Part shown: piece after piece, positions 24,701-36,448 of the stretch
How the letters are laid out: every line of letters starts with the position of its first letter
How positions within the stretch are numbered: position 1 is the stretch's first letter
Source: Takakia lepidozioides
Taxonomy: Eukaryota > Plantae > Bryophyta
Length of the DNA: 64,000 bases
Direction of reading: 5' to 3'
Assembly: GCA_030704615.1 (NCBI GenBank)
Contig: CM060733.1
Coordinates: 57,598,001-57,662,000 of the forward strand
Notes under the pieces: model-generated
Database searches by the model: none
Told to the model about the DNA's origin: nothing
Seen by the model: only the letters and a program-made list of their open reading frames with translations
Program-made: the position numbers and the translations under genes

Positions 24701-27700
24701 GCGGTCTTAGACATTGGTGATTCAATGGGGCGCTCTAGGAAGACAACCAAGGGCAACAACTTCAACTTGAGAGTTTCTAATCGGTTTGATGCTCTGGATG
24801 AGGTTGAATCCAAACAGCCAGAAGGACAAGATGCTTCTAAGTGTACAGAACCTGAACGTCCTGAATCTGAAGGATTTGGTACTCTGAATGGTTTACCAAT
24901 CCTCAAGGTTTACACAAGACGAACAAATTCTATACATGGGGTAATTGTCCCCAAGCCGTCAGATGGACAATCTGTCCCTAAGTGTGCAGAGCCTGAACGT
25001 CGTGTAACTGAAGGATTGGATACTCTAAATGGTTTACCAATCCTCAAAGTCTACACAAGACGAGCAAAATCTATACATGGGGTAATTGTCCCCAAGCAGT
25101 CTGACGGACAATCTGCCCCTATGTGTGTGGAGCCTGTGCGTCGTGTAACTGAAAGATTTGGTACCCTGAATGGTTTACCAATTCTCAAAGTTTACACAAG
25201 ACGAGCAAAATCTACACATGGGGTAACTGTCCCCCCTTTGCAGAACGGTTGGCCGTCCAGGAGCAATCACAAGCTACCTAGACGACAAACAATTCACACG
25301 CAAAGGGCTGGCTTGCGGCTGGCCACTTTCAACTTCTCAGGGTTGACCAACCAAAGGAAACAACTTGAAGTGGGACAAGTTCTTCGGACTAATGATATTC
25401 ATATCTGTGCTGGGCAAGAAACATGGGAAACGTTGGATAAACTGGTTGGAGATGTCATTGGTTATAAACGGGCAGGTAAGATGTGTACTCTCAAGGCAGC
25501 CTCTGCCAAACGCGGTCAAAAAGGGGTCGGATTCTTTGTCCGTGATTTCTTGTTTGACAATTGTGAGCAGACGGTTAATTAACTGTCTAGAAGAGCTTCA
25601 GCTTTTGACCTTGAATAACAGGACAAGAGGTGACCAAGTGCATGTTGGAGGTGTCAAGGCTATAGCCCTTGCACGACACTTTGAGAACAGAACGGGACGG
25701 GTAGCTCAGTGGTAGAGCACCCCACCGGAATGGGGGAGGTCCTAGGTTCAATCCCTAGCCCGACCACACGCCAGTGGTTTTCCAACATGGTATCAGAGCC
25801 AAGGTTGGGGCGGTGGTCAGAATGGGTGGGCATTAGCTATAAGGGCTATGCCTTGAGGGGGAGTGTTGGAGTGTCAAGGTTATAGCCCTTGCACGGCACT
25901 TTGAGAATAGAACGGGACGGGTAGCTCAGTGGTAGAGCACCCCACCGGAATGGGGGAGGTCCTAGGTTCAATCCCTAGCCCGACCACACGCCAGTGGTTT
26001 TCCAACAGTGCAGTGGACTCGTGAGAAACCCCAAACTGGGGAACGTTCCATTGTGGACTAAATCATAATGGACAAAATTTTGTTCCCCCAGTGTGCCAAT
26101 CTGTTGATCGACAGAACTGATATTGGTACCTCTGACCACTTCCTGGTTTGGACTGAGATCAAAAGGTGTTTTCCCACCACCAAGAGATCTGTGAAACGTT
26201 CGATTCGGAAGTGGCGCATAGAAAAATTCCACAATGAGGAGGTCAAGGCTGAGTACGTCCAGGCCTTGCAAGAGTCTCTCCCTCATTTTGTCCAATTGCT
26301 CCAAGAACTTCAGTCACGCTCTGTTAACGCAAGAAATGAAGTCGAAAGAGCAGTGGACTCTTGGGAGAGTTTCGTTTCCTCCGTGGCTGACAAGATCATT
26401 GGGAGGAAACTAATTGTCTGCGGTAGAGCAGTTAATTGGTGGACTAATGAGATTAAACTCAAGATAGCTGAGAGACGAGCCCTCTATAAAGAGTGCTGCA
26501 ATTTGGAAACCAACAGAGAATTGTGGGCGAGGTACTACCAGCTCCGTAAAGATATCAATCAGCTTGTTAGGTCTCAGAAGAAATTATACTGGGACAAGTT
26601 ATACAGTGAAATAAACTCAAACCACCATGGTGGTAATGACAAGAAATTCTGGTTGGCCCTTCAACGTTTGTACAAACCGAAAAATGGTCAGCAAGTACAA
26701 GCGCTGAAGACTACTAAAGGTGCAGTGGTGACTTCATCGGTTGACATTGTCAAAACCTTTGAAACTCACTACAGTATCCTTGGCAGAACTTCTAGGTCTA
26801 ACAGTGAGGGGTCTTGTGCTGAATGGAGGGACAGTTGGAAAAACTGTTCCTATGATTTAAAACAGCCCTGATGAACTGGAGTATATTTCAATGGCGTATA
26901 ATGCTCCCATTAGTTCTTCTGAGATTGTGGAAGCAATTGAACATTTAAATGGATATAAAGCTGGTGGACCTGATGGTATTGTCAACGAGCTTATCAAGCA
27001 TGGTGGCGATCCCATGATAGAGGCCCTAGTTCTCCTCTTTAACCTTATCTGGAAGACTGAATTGATCCCCTTTCGCTGGCGACAGGTTGTCATTGTCAAT
27101 CTATACAAGAAGGGTGACAGAGAAGAACCGGGGAACTACCGTGGCATCACGCTCCTCAATGCTGTTGGCAAGACATTCTGCAGAGTTATAAGTACTCGTC
27201 TCGAGGTTGATCTGTAGTCTAGAGGTTGTTTCCACGAAGGCCAAGCTGGCTTTCGGCGAAACAGGGGCTGTGTGGATCATATCTTCACTCTAAGCCAGAT
27301 TATCCAGGGAAGGAAAAAAGAAGGGAAACCCACTTATGTCTTTTTCCTGGATGTCAAAAAGGCTTATGACACAGTGTGGAGGGATGGCCTATGGTTCTGC
27401 CTCTGGTCTTGTGGGATCAAGGGAAAGATGTGGAGAGTTGTCCACAACTTGTATGCTCACACCAAAAGCTGTGTCACTGTTAATGGACAGAAGTCCAACT
27501 TCTTTGACATAGACCAAGGTGTAGCTCAAGGATGTACTCTCTCCCCTCTGCTCTTCAATGTTTTCATCAATCAACTCCTCGAGGATGTGGAAAGTGAGGG
27601 ATTTGGGTTAAGGGTGGGTGATACCACCATACCAGCCCTTATGTTTGCGGATGACTTCGCAGGCATAGGGGAGACTCCAACCAATCTCCAGGAGTTGATT

Positions 27701-29871
27701 GATTGCGCGAAGAGATACTTTGATCTTTGGGGGCTAGAGGCTAATGTCAGCAAATGTGCAGTGGTAGCATTCAACGACAGAGGAGAGGGAGGAAGTGATC
27801 TTAAGTGGCAGTGGGGTAGCCAAGAGATCCCGGTCCTCCCTTCCTACACTTACGTGGGCGTTGAGTTCTCCTCTAATTGTAATTGGGATGCACATATCCG
27901 GAAAGTTGTTCAAACTGGCAAGGGCAAAGCTCTGGGGCTCACTAAATTTTTCCACTGCAGAGGGGTCAACTCTGAGGTTAAGAAAACCATGCTTTGTCGC
28001 GTTATTAGACCTGCCTTGGAGTACGGATCTGCTATATGGGTTGATAACTCCAACCAGGCTAAGTCTCTAGAATCCATTCAAGTGGGGGTGCTTAAGGAGT
28101 GTATGTCAGCATGCTCCAAAACAGCCAATGTGGCTGTTCGGGGTGAGTTTGGCATTCCGTCCTTAAGCTCCCGACGAGATGAATTCAAGGTCAGATGGTG
28201 GGGTCAGCTGCAACATATGCCCAACACCAGATATCCTAAATTAATCGACTCTATATCTTGGAAACAGGACCGCCCTGTCAAACAGGCTAAGTCCTTGCAG
28301 AAGAGAGTAGAAGAGATCCTCCAGGACCTGGACCTGGATCCGCAAGTCTTGACCCTGCTGGATAAATCTGACTTAGAGGCTGTAGTGTCCTCAGCCATGT
28401 CTGTTGCCATGAGATTGTCTGATGAAAATGAAGTTACGCAGAAAACTTCCCTGAACTTGTTTCCAGTCTGTGACATGGGGGAGGACATCTTGGATGACCT
28501 CAAGGGTCTACCCACTCTCGGCACTAGACTGAAATTTAAACTCAGGGCAGGAAGCCTACCTTTGAACAGCAAACAGAAGCAGAGAGGAAAGGGAGAGTGC
28601 AATTGCCCGTTGTGTGGGCAATCTGAAGACAGTATTCATTTTCTGATACACTGTCCGGGGTTCTCTCACCAAAGAGACGCTCTCTTCAAATCTATCAAGG
28701 GAATTGTGCCTGTACCCCTGTTTACCAACTTTGAAAGTCTCGAGGCTGAGCCAAAAACCCAGGCCCTCCTGAGGCCTAGTTTTTGGGCAAATCACACACA
28801 GCAGATTGATGCTTGTGTGAAGGGATTTCTAGAGGATATCTGGAAAACCCGGATTAATTCCTTATATGGAGGTAAGTCTTACTACCAACGTCAGCCCCTG
28901 ACAGAGGTAGGTTCTGTCCCTTTTGTTCCCGCTCAAACTGGGCGCGGGGTCAATGGCCACAAGGCTACGGCAAACAACGTCTTATGAGTACAATCTCTCT
29001 CTCACCCACACACACCTATGGCTTGTGTGAGGGCTTTCTAGTGGATATCTGGAAAGCCAGAACTAATTGTTAATACCAAGGTAAGTTACACTACTGGAGT
29101 GAACCCCTCACAAAGGTAGTTCCTATGCCCTATGTTTCCGTCCAAAGTGGGCACAGGGTCTATGGCCAAAAGGCTACGGCCAAAAAAGTCTTATGAGTTC
29201 ATTTTCTCACACATACACACATTTGGGTTCCTGTGGATGGTATACAGTTTCTCTCTTTCTTTTTCTAGTCTCTCGTTTATCTGTTCACTCCAAGGTCTAC
29301 GGCCAGCAGGCTACAACAATCAATGTCTAGTGGGTAGATCTCCTATCCTATGGGCCCTCTATGTCCCCGATGGCCACAATTACAATTTGCTTATATCTGT
29401 TTATCAGCTGTACCTAAAGGCCATGGAAATTTTCGGTTTAGTCGTATATACGCTGGTGGTTGAAACCCCACAACTCCCTCTAGGAGGGTTAGAAACCTTT
29501 TGAGACTATGCTAATATGATTACGCCTTGGCCAAAGTTCCAAGGGGAATAGTGCGAGTAAATGCTGTGTCATCCATTTTCCACCATTGGAGTGGTAAATG
29601 CAGTCACTTCCACAGTTGTCTGAGGTAAGGTGGAGGCTTCATAACTGGTCCTGGAATCAACATCATTTCTAGAACGATGTCCATTCCAGCGTGGTTCAAT
29701 GGCTTTGTGTCATTCATAGACTAAACATCTGTGGCCTTTTTGGATGCAGAACTAGCGGGTATTGACCGAGTAGTGCTAGTACGAGTTGTCAAGATTTTGG
29801 AGCAACGGGGAAAGGCTGCCATCTTCAAAGGAACATCAACTGATGATGAAGGCATCAAGTTTTCTGCATAG
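21713..29871 (+). CDS. VPS25: ESCRT-II subunit VPS25, 6 exons
   Basis: Exons 21713-21765, 22132-22271, 22563-22616, 23516-23604, 23777-23852 and 29750-29871 splice in frame: MAADFTFPYFYYYPPYFTLQPVRDTREKQIELWKELIL...GRAEWLDKGHRKCLILWRRIQDWA...ELAGIDR...KAAIFKGTSTDDEGIKFSA*. Confidence 0.95.
24839..25235 (+). repeat. ~3 x 141-bp coding tandem repeat in the LINE N-terminal region
   Basis: 47-aa unit (K/M)C.EP.R...E...TLNGLPILKVYTRR..S.HGV.VP repeated three times in ORF 24362..25582. Confidence 0.9.
25643..26007 (+). mobile_element. TRIM with tRNA-like LTRs (Helenus-type non-autonomous LTR retrotransposon)
   Basis: LTRs 25643-25787 and 25864-26007 (TGTTGGA...TCCAACA), PBS TGGTATCAGAGCC (tRNA-iMet) at 25788-25800, PPT GAGGGGGAG at 25855-25863, 5-bp TSD GTGCA. 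Confidence 0.95.
25695..25766 (+). ncRNA. tRNA-like Pol III unit inside the 5' LTR (identical copy at 25915-25986)
   Basis: Acceptor GGACGGG/CCCGACC (one mismatch), D-arm GCTC-AGTGGTA-GAGC, T-arm CTAGG-TTCAATC-CCTAG, non-canonical anticodon arm; TTTT lies ~12 nt downstream. Confidence 0.75.
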
Positions 29872-31120
29872 GTAGTCCTTAGAAAGTTGTCTCAATCTGT
29901 CAGAAAGATCTTGTACCTCTAGGAGTTTGCCGTTGTGGCTCATGACCAATCTCGTGGAATGATTCTCGTTTGAGGTTGAAACTTGGCTGAATAGATTTAT
30001 ACAGAATGCAGGGGAGGAAGAGACCAATAAGCTAGACAAGTGTCTTTCCATGCTCTAGTTTTTGAAAGTGCAATGATAGGTTTCTGGAAATGAATGTGGT
30101 GAGCTTGATGCTGATCATGCAGTGGCATTGGATTGTTTGTAGACTAGCAATCTTTGCTGACAGGCAATGGCAGCTTGTGATAGAAAAATAACCCACTGTT
30201 GCACCACTTCAATTCATGATGCACTGAAACCATATCCACACATTTTCTTTGCTAACATATCCTGATATCTTAGTTCCATATAGGACCAACTTTGATGAGA
30301 AGAATAGATGGCAAATCCTTGCTCTTACCAACCATACCATAACTATGATGCTGTAGTCAGGGCCATCATCAGTCAAAATATTCAAACGATTATCTTTGGA
30401 TCAATATAGCCAAGGTGTGCATCAAGGCCGCTGAATTCTCGTCGTCCTCCTCATAAATCAACAATCCATGTCATCTGGGGAATTCCTGCAAGATCAGGCC
30501 ACACAATATCATTTCAGACACACAGAAGAAGCCAGCCACAGCCAGCATAACGAGAGTTACTTGTCCAGGATCAGGCTCTATAATGTGGTCCAATGTTTGA
30601 GGCCATTGACATAAATGGGGCTGCAAGCTGTCAACACTGGCAACTCCGTCAATCTACCCGTCCATCCCGATATGTACAGTCCACCATCTTGCCCAATATG
30701 GCAACTAGCGCTCACCTCAGGTGGCCTGTCCACTCTGGTATTTCCGACAAGGAGTCACCATTCATAACTCAGTTGTTCATTATGACCTATCCTGCCACAT
30801 GCAATACAGGTCATGGCCATCAACCATAACCATTACCATTACCATTATTTGACAATACATGGCTCTTCCATTTAAATTATTCACCCTAAGTGGTATTCAC
30901 ACAATTCCAATTCTGCATGGGAAAATATAGTCAGGGCAGTAAGACCTGATTTGCACTATCTGGCTATAAACGCTCGATTAAAAAGAAAAATACAGTAGTG
31001 AGGTTGGAGATGTGGGGCAGAGAGAAAGAAACAACTGTTGAGGGCCCATGAGACGACAGGAACAACCATCAATCAACACCTGGAAGCCGAAATGCCTTAA
31101 GCAAGCCTTATGCAAGAGAG

Positions 31121-31535
31121 ATTGTACTCATAAGACGTTGTTTGCCGTAGCCTTGTGGCCATTGACCCCGCGCCCAGTTTGAGCGGGAACAAAAGGGACA
31201 GAACCTACCTCTGTCAGGGGCTGACGTTGGTAGTAAGACTTACCTCCATATAAAGAATTAATCCGGGTTTTCCAGATATCCTCTAGAAATCCCTTCACAC
31301 AAGCATCAATCTGCTGTGTGTGATTTGCCCAAAAACTAGGCCTCAGGAGGGCCTGGGCTTTTGGCTCAGCCTCGAGACTTTCAAAGTTGGTAAACAGGGG
31401 TACAGGCACAATTCCCTTAATAGATTTGAAGAGAGCGTCTCTTTGGTGAGAGAACCCCGGACAGTGTATCAGAAAATGAATACTGTCTTCAGATTGCCCA
31501 CACAACGGGCAATTGCACTCTCCCTTGCCTCTCTG
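31121..31535 (-). mobile_element. 5'-truncated family A LINE copy with TSD
   Basis: Nearly identical to ~28575-28993; flanked by a CTTATGCAAGAGAG duplication. Confidence 0.9.
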
Positions 31536-31606
31536 CTTATGCAAGAGAGAGAGAGAATGTACTCATAAGATCGTTGTTTGCCGTAGCCTTGTGGCCATTG
31601 ACCCTG

Positions 31607-31645
<39 letters not shown>

Positions 31646-31931
31646 TCCTGCACCCAGTAGTGGGGTTGCCACCAACCAGGTTAGGAAATGCAACTAAATC
31701 CGTTCCAAGTGCTTGTGCAGATTGCCACCTACCTTGCAATTCAGTGTCGACTGAAGTGCTACCAATGATACGATTTCACAGAACAGTAGCTTCTGGGACT
31801 GCTATTTTAGCCCGATGGCTATAATAGATGGCTTAAATAGGCCACGATCAAACCAGTGATACATCTGAAGAAGATTTACATGCATTGCAGAAATGAGAAA
31901 AAGAGAGAAACAAGAGTTTCACGTCTGAGAG

Positions 31932-32945
31932 CATGTACTCGTAAGAAGCTGTTTGAAGTCTGAGAGGAAGTCCTCATAAGACGTTGCTTGCCGTAGCCTT
32001 GTGGTCATTGATCCTGCGCCCAGTTTGGGCAGAACACAAAGGGACAGACACTACCTTTGTCAGGGGCTGACACCGGTAGTATGACTTACCCTGGAACAGA
32101 CAATTGATCCGAGTTTTCCAGATCTCGTCTAGAAATCCCTTTAAACAAGCATCGATCTGCTGTGTGTGATTTGCCCAATAACTAGGCCCCAAAAGGGCCT
32201 GGGCTTTTGGCTCAGCCTCGAGATTTTCAAAGTTGGTAAACAAAGGTACAGGACCAAATCCCTTGATGGATTCGAAGAGGGCATCTCTCTGGTGAGGACA
32301 ATGAATCAGAAAGTGGATATTGTCATCAGGTTGCCCATACAACAAGTATTTGCAATGCGTCTATCCTCTCTGCATCTGTTTGCTTCCCGACCTGAGTTTA
32401 AATTTCAGTCTAGTTCCAAGAGTGGGTAAACCCTTGAAGTCATCCATGATGGCCTCACCCATATCACAGACTGGAAACAAGTTCAGGGAAGTTTCTGCCT
32501 AACTTCATTTTCATCAGACAATTTCCTGGCAACAGACATGGCTTTGGACACTACAGCCTCTAAGTCAGATTTATCCAGCAGGGTCAAGACTTGCGGACTT
32601 AGATTCAGATCAGTGTTGTTTTTTTCATATTTCCAAAATCGCTGGCGGGGCCACCTGTGAATTTCACCCAGTGCCCATGTGGCGAGAATATCGAGGTGAC
32701 AAAGTTAGAAAAGTGGCTATATTCCAGGTGTCACATAATCATTGGTCCACGTCGGCAAGTTTAGGCTCCTAAGATTTATCTCCTGTTGCTTTTTGGCAAA
32801 AAATTCATTTGTACAAGTAGCTGACCAAGTTTCCAGGTCGAAATCTGGCGATTTTTCGCCAGAAAGAAAAACACTGATTCAGATCCTTGAAAATCTCTTC
32901 TACCCTCTTCCGCCAGGACTTCGCCTGTTTGACAGGGCAATCCTA
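31932..32945 (-). mobile_element. Older 5'-truncated family A LINE copy carrying a MITE
   Basis: ORF 31974..32345 is homologous to the LINE C-terminus; ACGTCTGAGAG is duplicated at ~31921 and ~32946. Confidence 0.8.
32611..32876. mobile_element. hAT-type MITE
   Basis: TIRs CAGTGTT.TTTT / AAAAACACTG, 8-bp TSD ATTCAGAT (32603-32610, 32877-32884), no ORF. Confidence 0.85.
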
Positions 32946-32957
32946 ACGTCTGAGAGC

Positions 32958-33205
32958 ATGTACTCATAAGACGTTGTTTGCCGTAGCCTTGTGGCCATTG
33001 ACCCTGAGAGCATTGACCCCGTGCCCAGTTTGAGTGGAACACAAAGGGACGGAAGAGATTGTACTCATAAGACGTTGTTTGCCGTAGCAAACAACAAAGG
33101 GACGGAAGAGAGAGAGAGAGAGAGAGAGAGACAATGTACTCATAAGACGTTGTTTGCCATAGCCTTGTGGCCGTTGACCCCGCGCCAGTTTGAGCGGAAC
33201 AGAGA
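32958..33205 (-). repeat. Tandem stack of very short family A LINE 3' ends separated by (GA)n
   Basis: TGTACTCATAAGACGTTGTTTGCC recurs at ~32959, ~33060 and ~33135, then again at ~33211 as the end of the next copy. Confidence 0.85.
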
Positions 33206-33209
33206 GAGA

Positions 33210-35727
33210 ATGTACTCATAAGACGTTGTTTGCCGTAGCCTTGTGGCCATTGACCCCGCGCCCAGTTTGAGCGGAAACCAAAGGGACAGAACCTACCTCT
33301 GTCAGGGGCTGACATTGGTAGTAAGACTTACCTTTATACAAAGAATTGATTCGGGTTTTCCAGATATCAAATCCCTTCACACAAGCATCAATCTGCTGTG
33401 TGTGATTTGCCCAAAAACTAGGCCTCAGAAGGGCCTGGGCTTTTGGCTCAGCCTCGAGACTTTCAAAGTTGGTAAACAGAGGTACAGGCACAATTCTCTT
33501 GATAGATTGGAGGAGAGCTTCTCTCTGGTGAGAGTACCCCGGACAGTGAATCAGAAAATGAATATTGTCTTCGGGTTGCCCACACAACGGGCAATTGCAC
33601 TCTCCCTTTCCTCTCTTCTGTTTACTGTTCAAAGGTAGGCTTCCTGCCCTGAGTTTAAATTTCAGTCTGGTGCCGAGAGTGGGTAGACCCTTGAGGTCAT
33701 CCATGATATCCTCCCCCATGTCACAGACTGGAAACAGGTTCAGGGAAGTTTTCTGCCTAACTTCATTTGCATGAGACAATTTACTGGTAACAGACATGGC
33801 TTTGGACACTACAGTCTCTAAGTCAGATTTATCCAGCAAGGTCAAGACTTGCGGGTCCAGATTCAGATCCTTGAGAATCTCTTCTACTCTCCTGCCAGGA
33901 CTTGGCCTGTTTGACAGGGCGGTCCTGTTTCCAAGATATACAGTCGATTAACTTAGGGTATCTCGTGTTGGACATGTGTTGCAACTGACCCCACCATCTG
34001 ACCTTGAATTCATCTCGTTGGGAGCTTAAGGAAGGGATGCCAAACTCACCCCGAACAGCCACATTGGCTGTTTTGGAGCATGCTGACATGCACTCCTTAA
34101 GCACCCCCACTTGAATGGATTCTAGAGACTTAGCCTGGTTGGAGTTATCAACCCATATAGCAGATCCGTACTCCAAGGCAGGTCTAATAACGCGGCAAAG
34201 CAAGGTTTTCTTGACCTCAGAGTTAATCCCTCTGCAGTCTAAAAATTTAGTGAGACTCAGCGCTTTGCCCTTGCCAGTTTGAACAACTTTCTGGATATGT
34301 GCATCCCAGTTACAGTTGGAGGAAAACTCAACGCCCAGGTGAGTTATAAGTACTCGTCTCAAGGTTGATCTGGAATCTAGAGGTTGTTTTCACGAAGGCC
34401 AAGCTGGCTTTCGGCGAAACAGGGGCTGTGTGGACCATATCTTCACTCTAAGCCAGATTATCCAGGGAAGGAAAAAAGAAGGGAAACCCACTTATGTTTT
34501 TTTCTTGGATGTCAAAAAGGCTTATGACACAGTGTGGAGAGATGGTCTATGGCTCCGCCTCTGGTCTTGCGGAAACAAGGGGAAAATGTGGAGAGTTGTC
34601 CATAACTTGTATGCTCACACCAAAAGCTGTGTCACTGTTAATGGACAGAAGTCTAACTTTTTTGACATAGACCAAGGTGTAGCTCAAGGATGTACCCTCT
34701 CCCCTCTGCTCTTCAATGTTTTCATTAATCAACTCCTCGAGGATGTGGAACGTGTGGGATTAGGGTTAAGGGTGGGTGATGCCACCATTCCAGCCCTTAT
34801 GTTTGCGGATGACTTCGCAGGCATAGGGGAGACTCCTTCCAACCTCCAGGAATTGATTGATTGCGCGAAGAGGAGGGAGGAAGTGATCTTAAGTGGCAGT
34901 GGGGTAGCCAAGAGATTCCAGTCCTCTCTTCCTACACATTGCAAAATATCTTGCCAACAGCATTGAGGAGCGTGATGCCATGATAGTTCCCTGGGTCTTC
35001 TCTGTCACCCTTCTTATATAGATTGACAATGACCCCCTGTCGCCAGCGAAAGGGGATCATTTCAGTCTTCCAGATAAGGTTAAAGAGGAGATCTAGGGCC
35101 TCTATCATGGGATCGCCACCGTGCTTGATAAGCTCGTTGACTATGCCATCAGGACCACCTGCTTTATATCCATTTAGATGTTCAATTGCTTCCACAATCT
35201 CAGAAGAACTAATGGGAGCGTTGTAGGCTTTTGAAATATACTCCAGTTCATCAGGGCTGTTTTGAATCATAGGAACAGTTTTACCAACTGTGTCCTTCCA
35301 TTCATCAGAGGACCCCTCACTGTTAGACCTTGAAGTTCTGCCAAGGATACTGTAGTGGGTTTCAAAGGTTTTGACAATGTCAACCGATGAAGTTACCACT
35401 GCACCCTTAGTAGTCTTCAGCGCTTGAACTTGCTGACAGCTTTTCGGCTTGTACAAGCATTGAAGGGCCAACCAGAATCTCTTGTCATTACCACCATGGT
35501 GGTTTGAGTTTATTTCACTGTATAACTTGTCCCAGTATAATTTCTTCTGAGCCCTTACAAGCAGATTGATATCTTTACGGATCTGGTAGTACCTCGCCCA
35601 CAATTCTTTGTTGGTTTTCAAATTGCAGCACTCTTTATAAAGGACTCGTCTCTCAGCTATCTCGAGTTTAATCTCATTGGTCCACCAATTAACAGCTCTA
35701 CCGCAGACAATTAGTTTCCTCCCAACG
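33210..35727 (-). mobile_element. 5'-truncated family A LINE with an internally inverted RT segment (34341-34937 on + strand)
   Basis: ORFs 34932..35783(-), 34430..34966(+), 33829..34362(-) and 33216..33845(-) are consecutive pieces of the ORF seen at ~26400-28987. Confidence 0.9.
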
Positions 35728-36448
35728 AGGGAACAGAGAGAGAGAGGGAGAGAGAGGGTGGAGAGTTGATACGGGACTGCCATGACTTTCTCACTCCCAA
35801 CGACATATCATTTTTTCAAAATTTGTTTCTACTCCTGGCAGGCTTGACTAGTACTACATTTCATGGGGAGCAGGTTACTAAAAACTTTTACAGTAGTATC
35901 TGTGCAAAAGAGAGGGACTATGCTCATAAGGATGACCTGCGGTTCCTTGCAGCTAGACAGGAAACAACCCCTCCCAGTTGAGGAAATCTCAGCATGAAAT
36001 TAGATGGCTCTTGCACATCCACACTATCCTTGCAAAAGCTAATTGTAACACCGAAAAGCAGGAGGAGGAAATAGTACCTCTTCTGTGAAATTGCATTGGC
36101 CAGTGCTAAACATTGTCCCTTAGTCAAAGCCACTGCACCAAATTGTGTGAACTGAGTTCCCCAAACGAAAAACATATCTGGGAAGAGTGCACACTTGGTA
36201 TGCCTCGAATGTCTTGTCACAGTGGATTAAATCAAGATCCATGTCCCCGGGCTCCAGGCTAAAGTTGGACAGAGGACAACCATAGAAGGTTTCACCAGTT
36301 AAGGCCCTCAAACAAGAAAGCCCTTTGAATAAACGTGGACTTGTCGAACTTCTCCATGTTCATTTGAGTTCATGCAGGAGTATGACATGCAGCTGAACCA
36401 TCTCATTGAGCGACATTTAATTGAAGAAATTGGAAGATGGTAAACCCC

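Larger units (their letters stand above)
24041..28993 (+). mobile_element. Near full-length LINE (family A; APE endonuclease, RT, C-terminal CCHC) in VPS25 intron 5
   Basis: RLATFNFSGL..CAGQETW and SDHFLVW (EN); KAGGPDGI, PGNYRGITLL, FLDVKKAYDTV, GVAQGCTLSPLLF, LMFADD (RT); CPLCGQSEDSIHFLIHCP. Bounded by (TC)n on both sides; disrupted by stops, frameshifts and a TRIM insertion. Confidence 0.93.

Noticed and set aside
25695-25986. Two functional tRNA genes
   Set aside because: Both lie inside LTRs of a TSD-flanked TRIM; the anticodon arm lacks U33 and proper pairing.
29900-31100. Additional gene between VPS25 and the LINE cluster
   Set aside because: Only short ORFs with no recognisable homology or consistent splice pattern.
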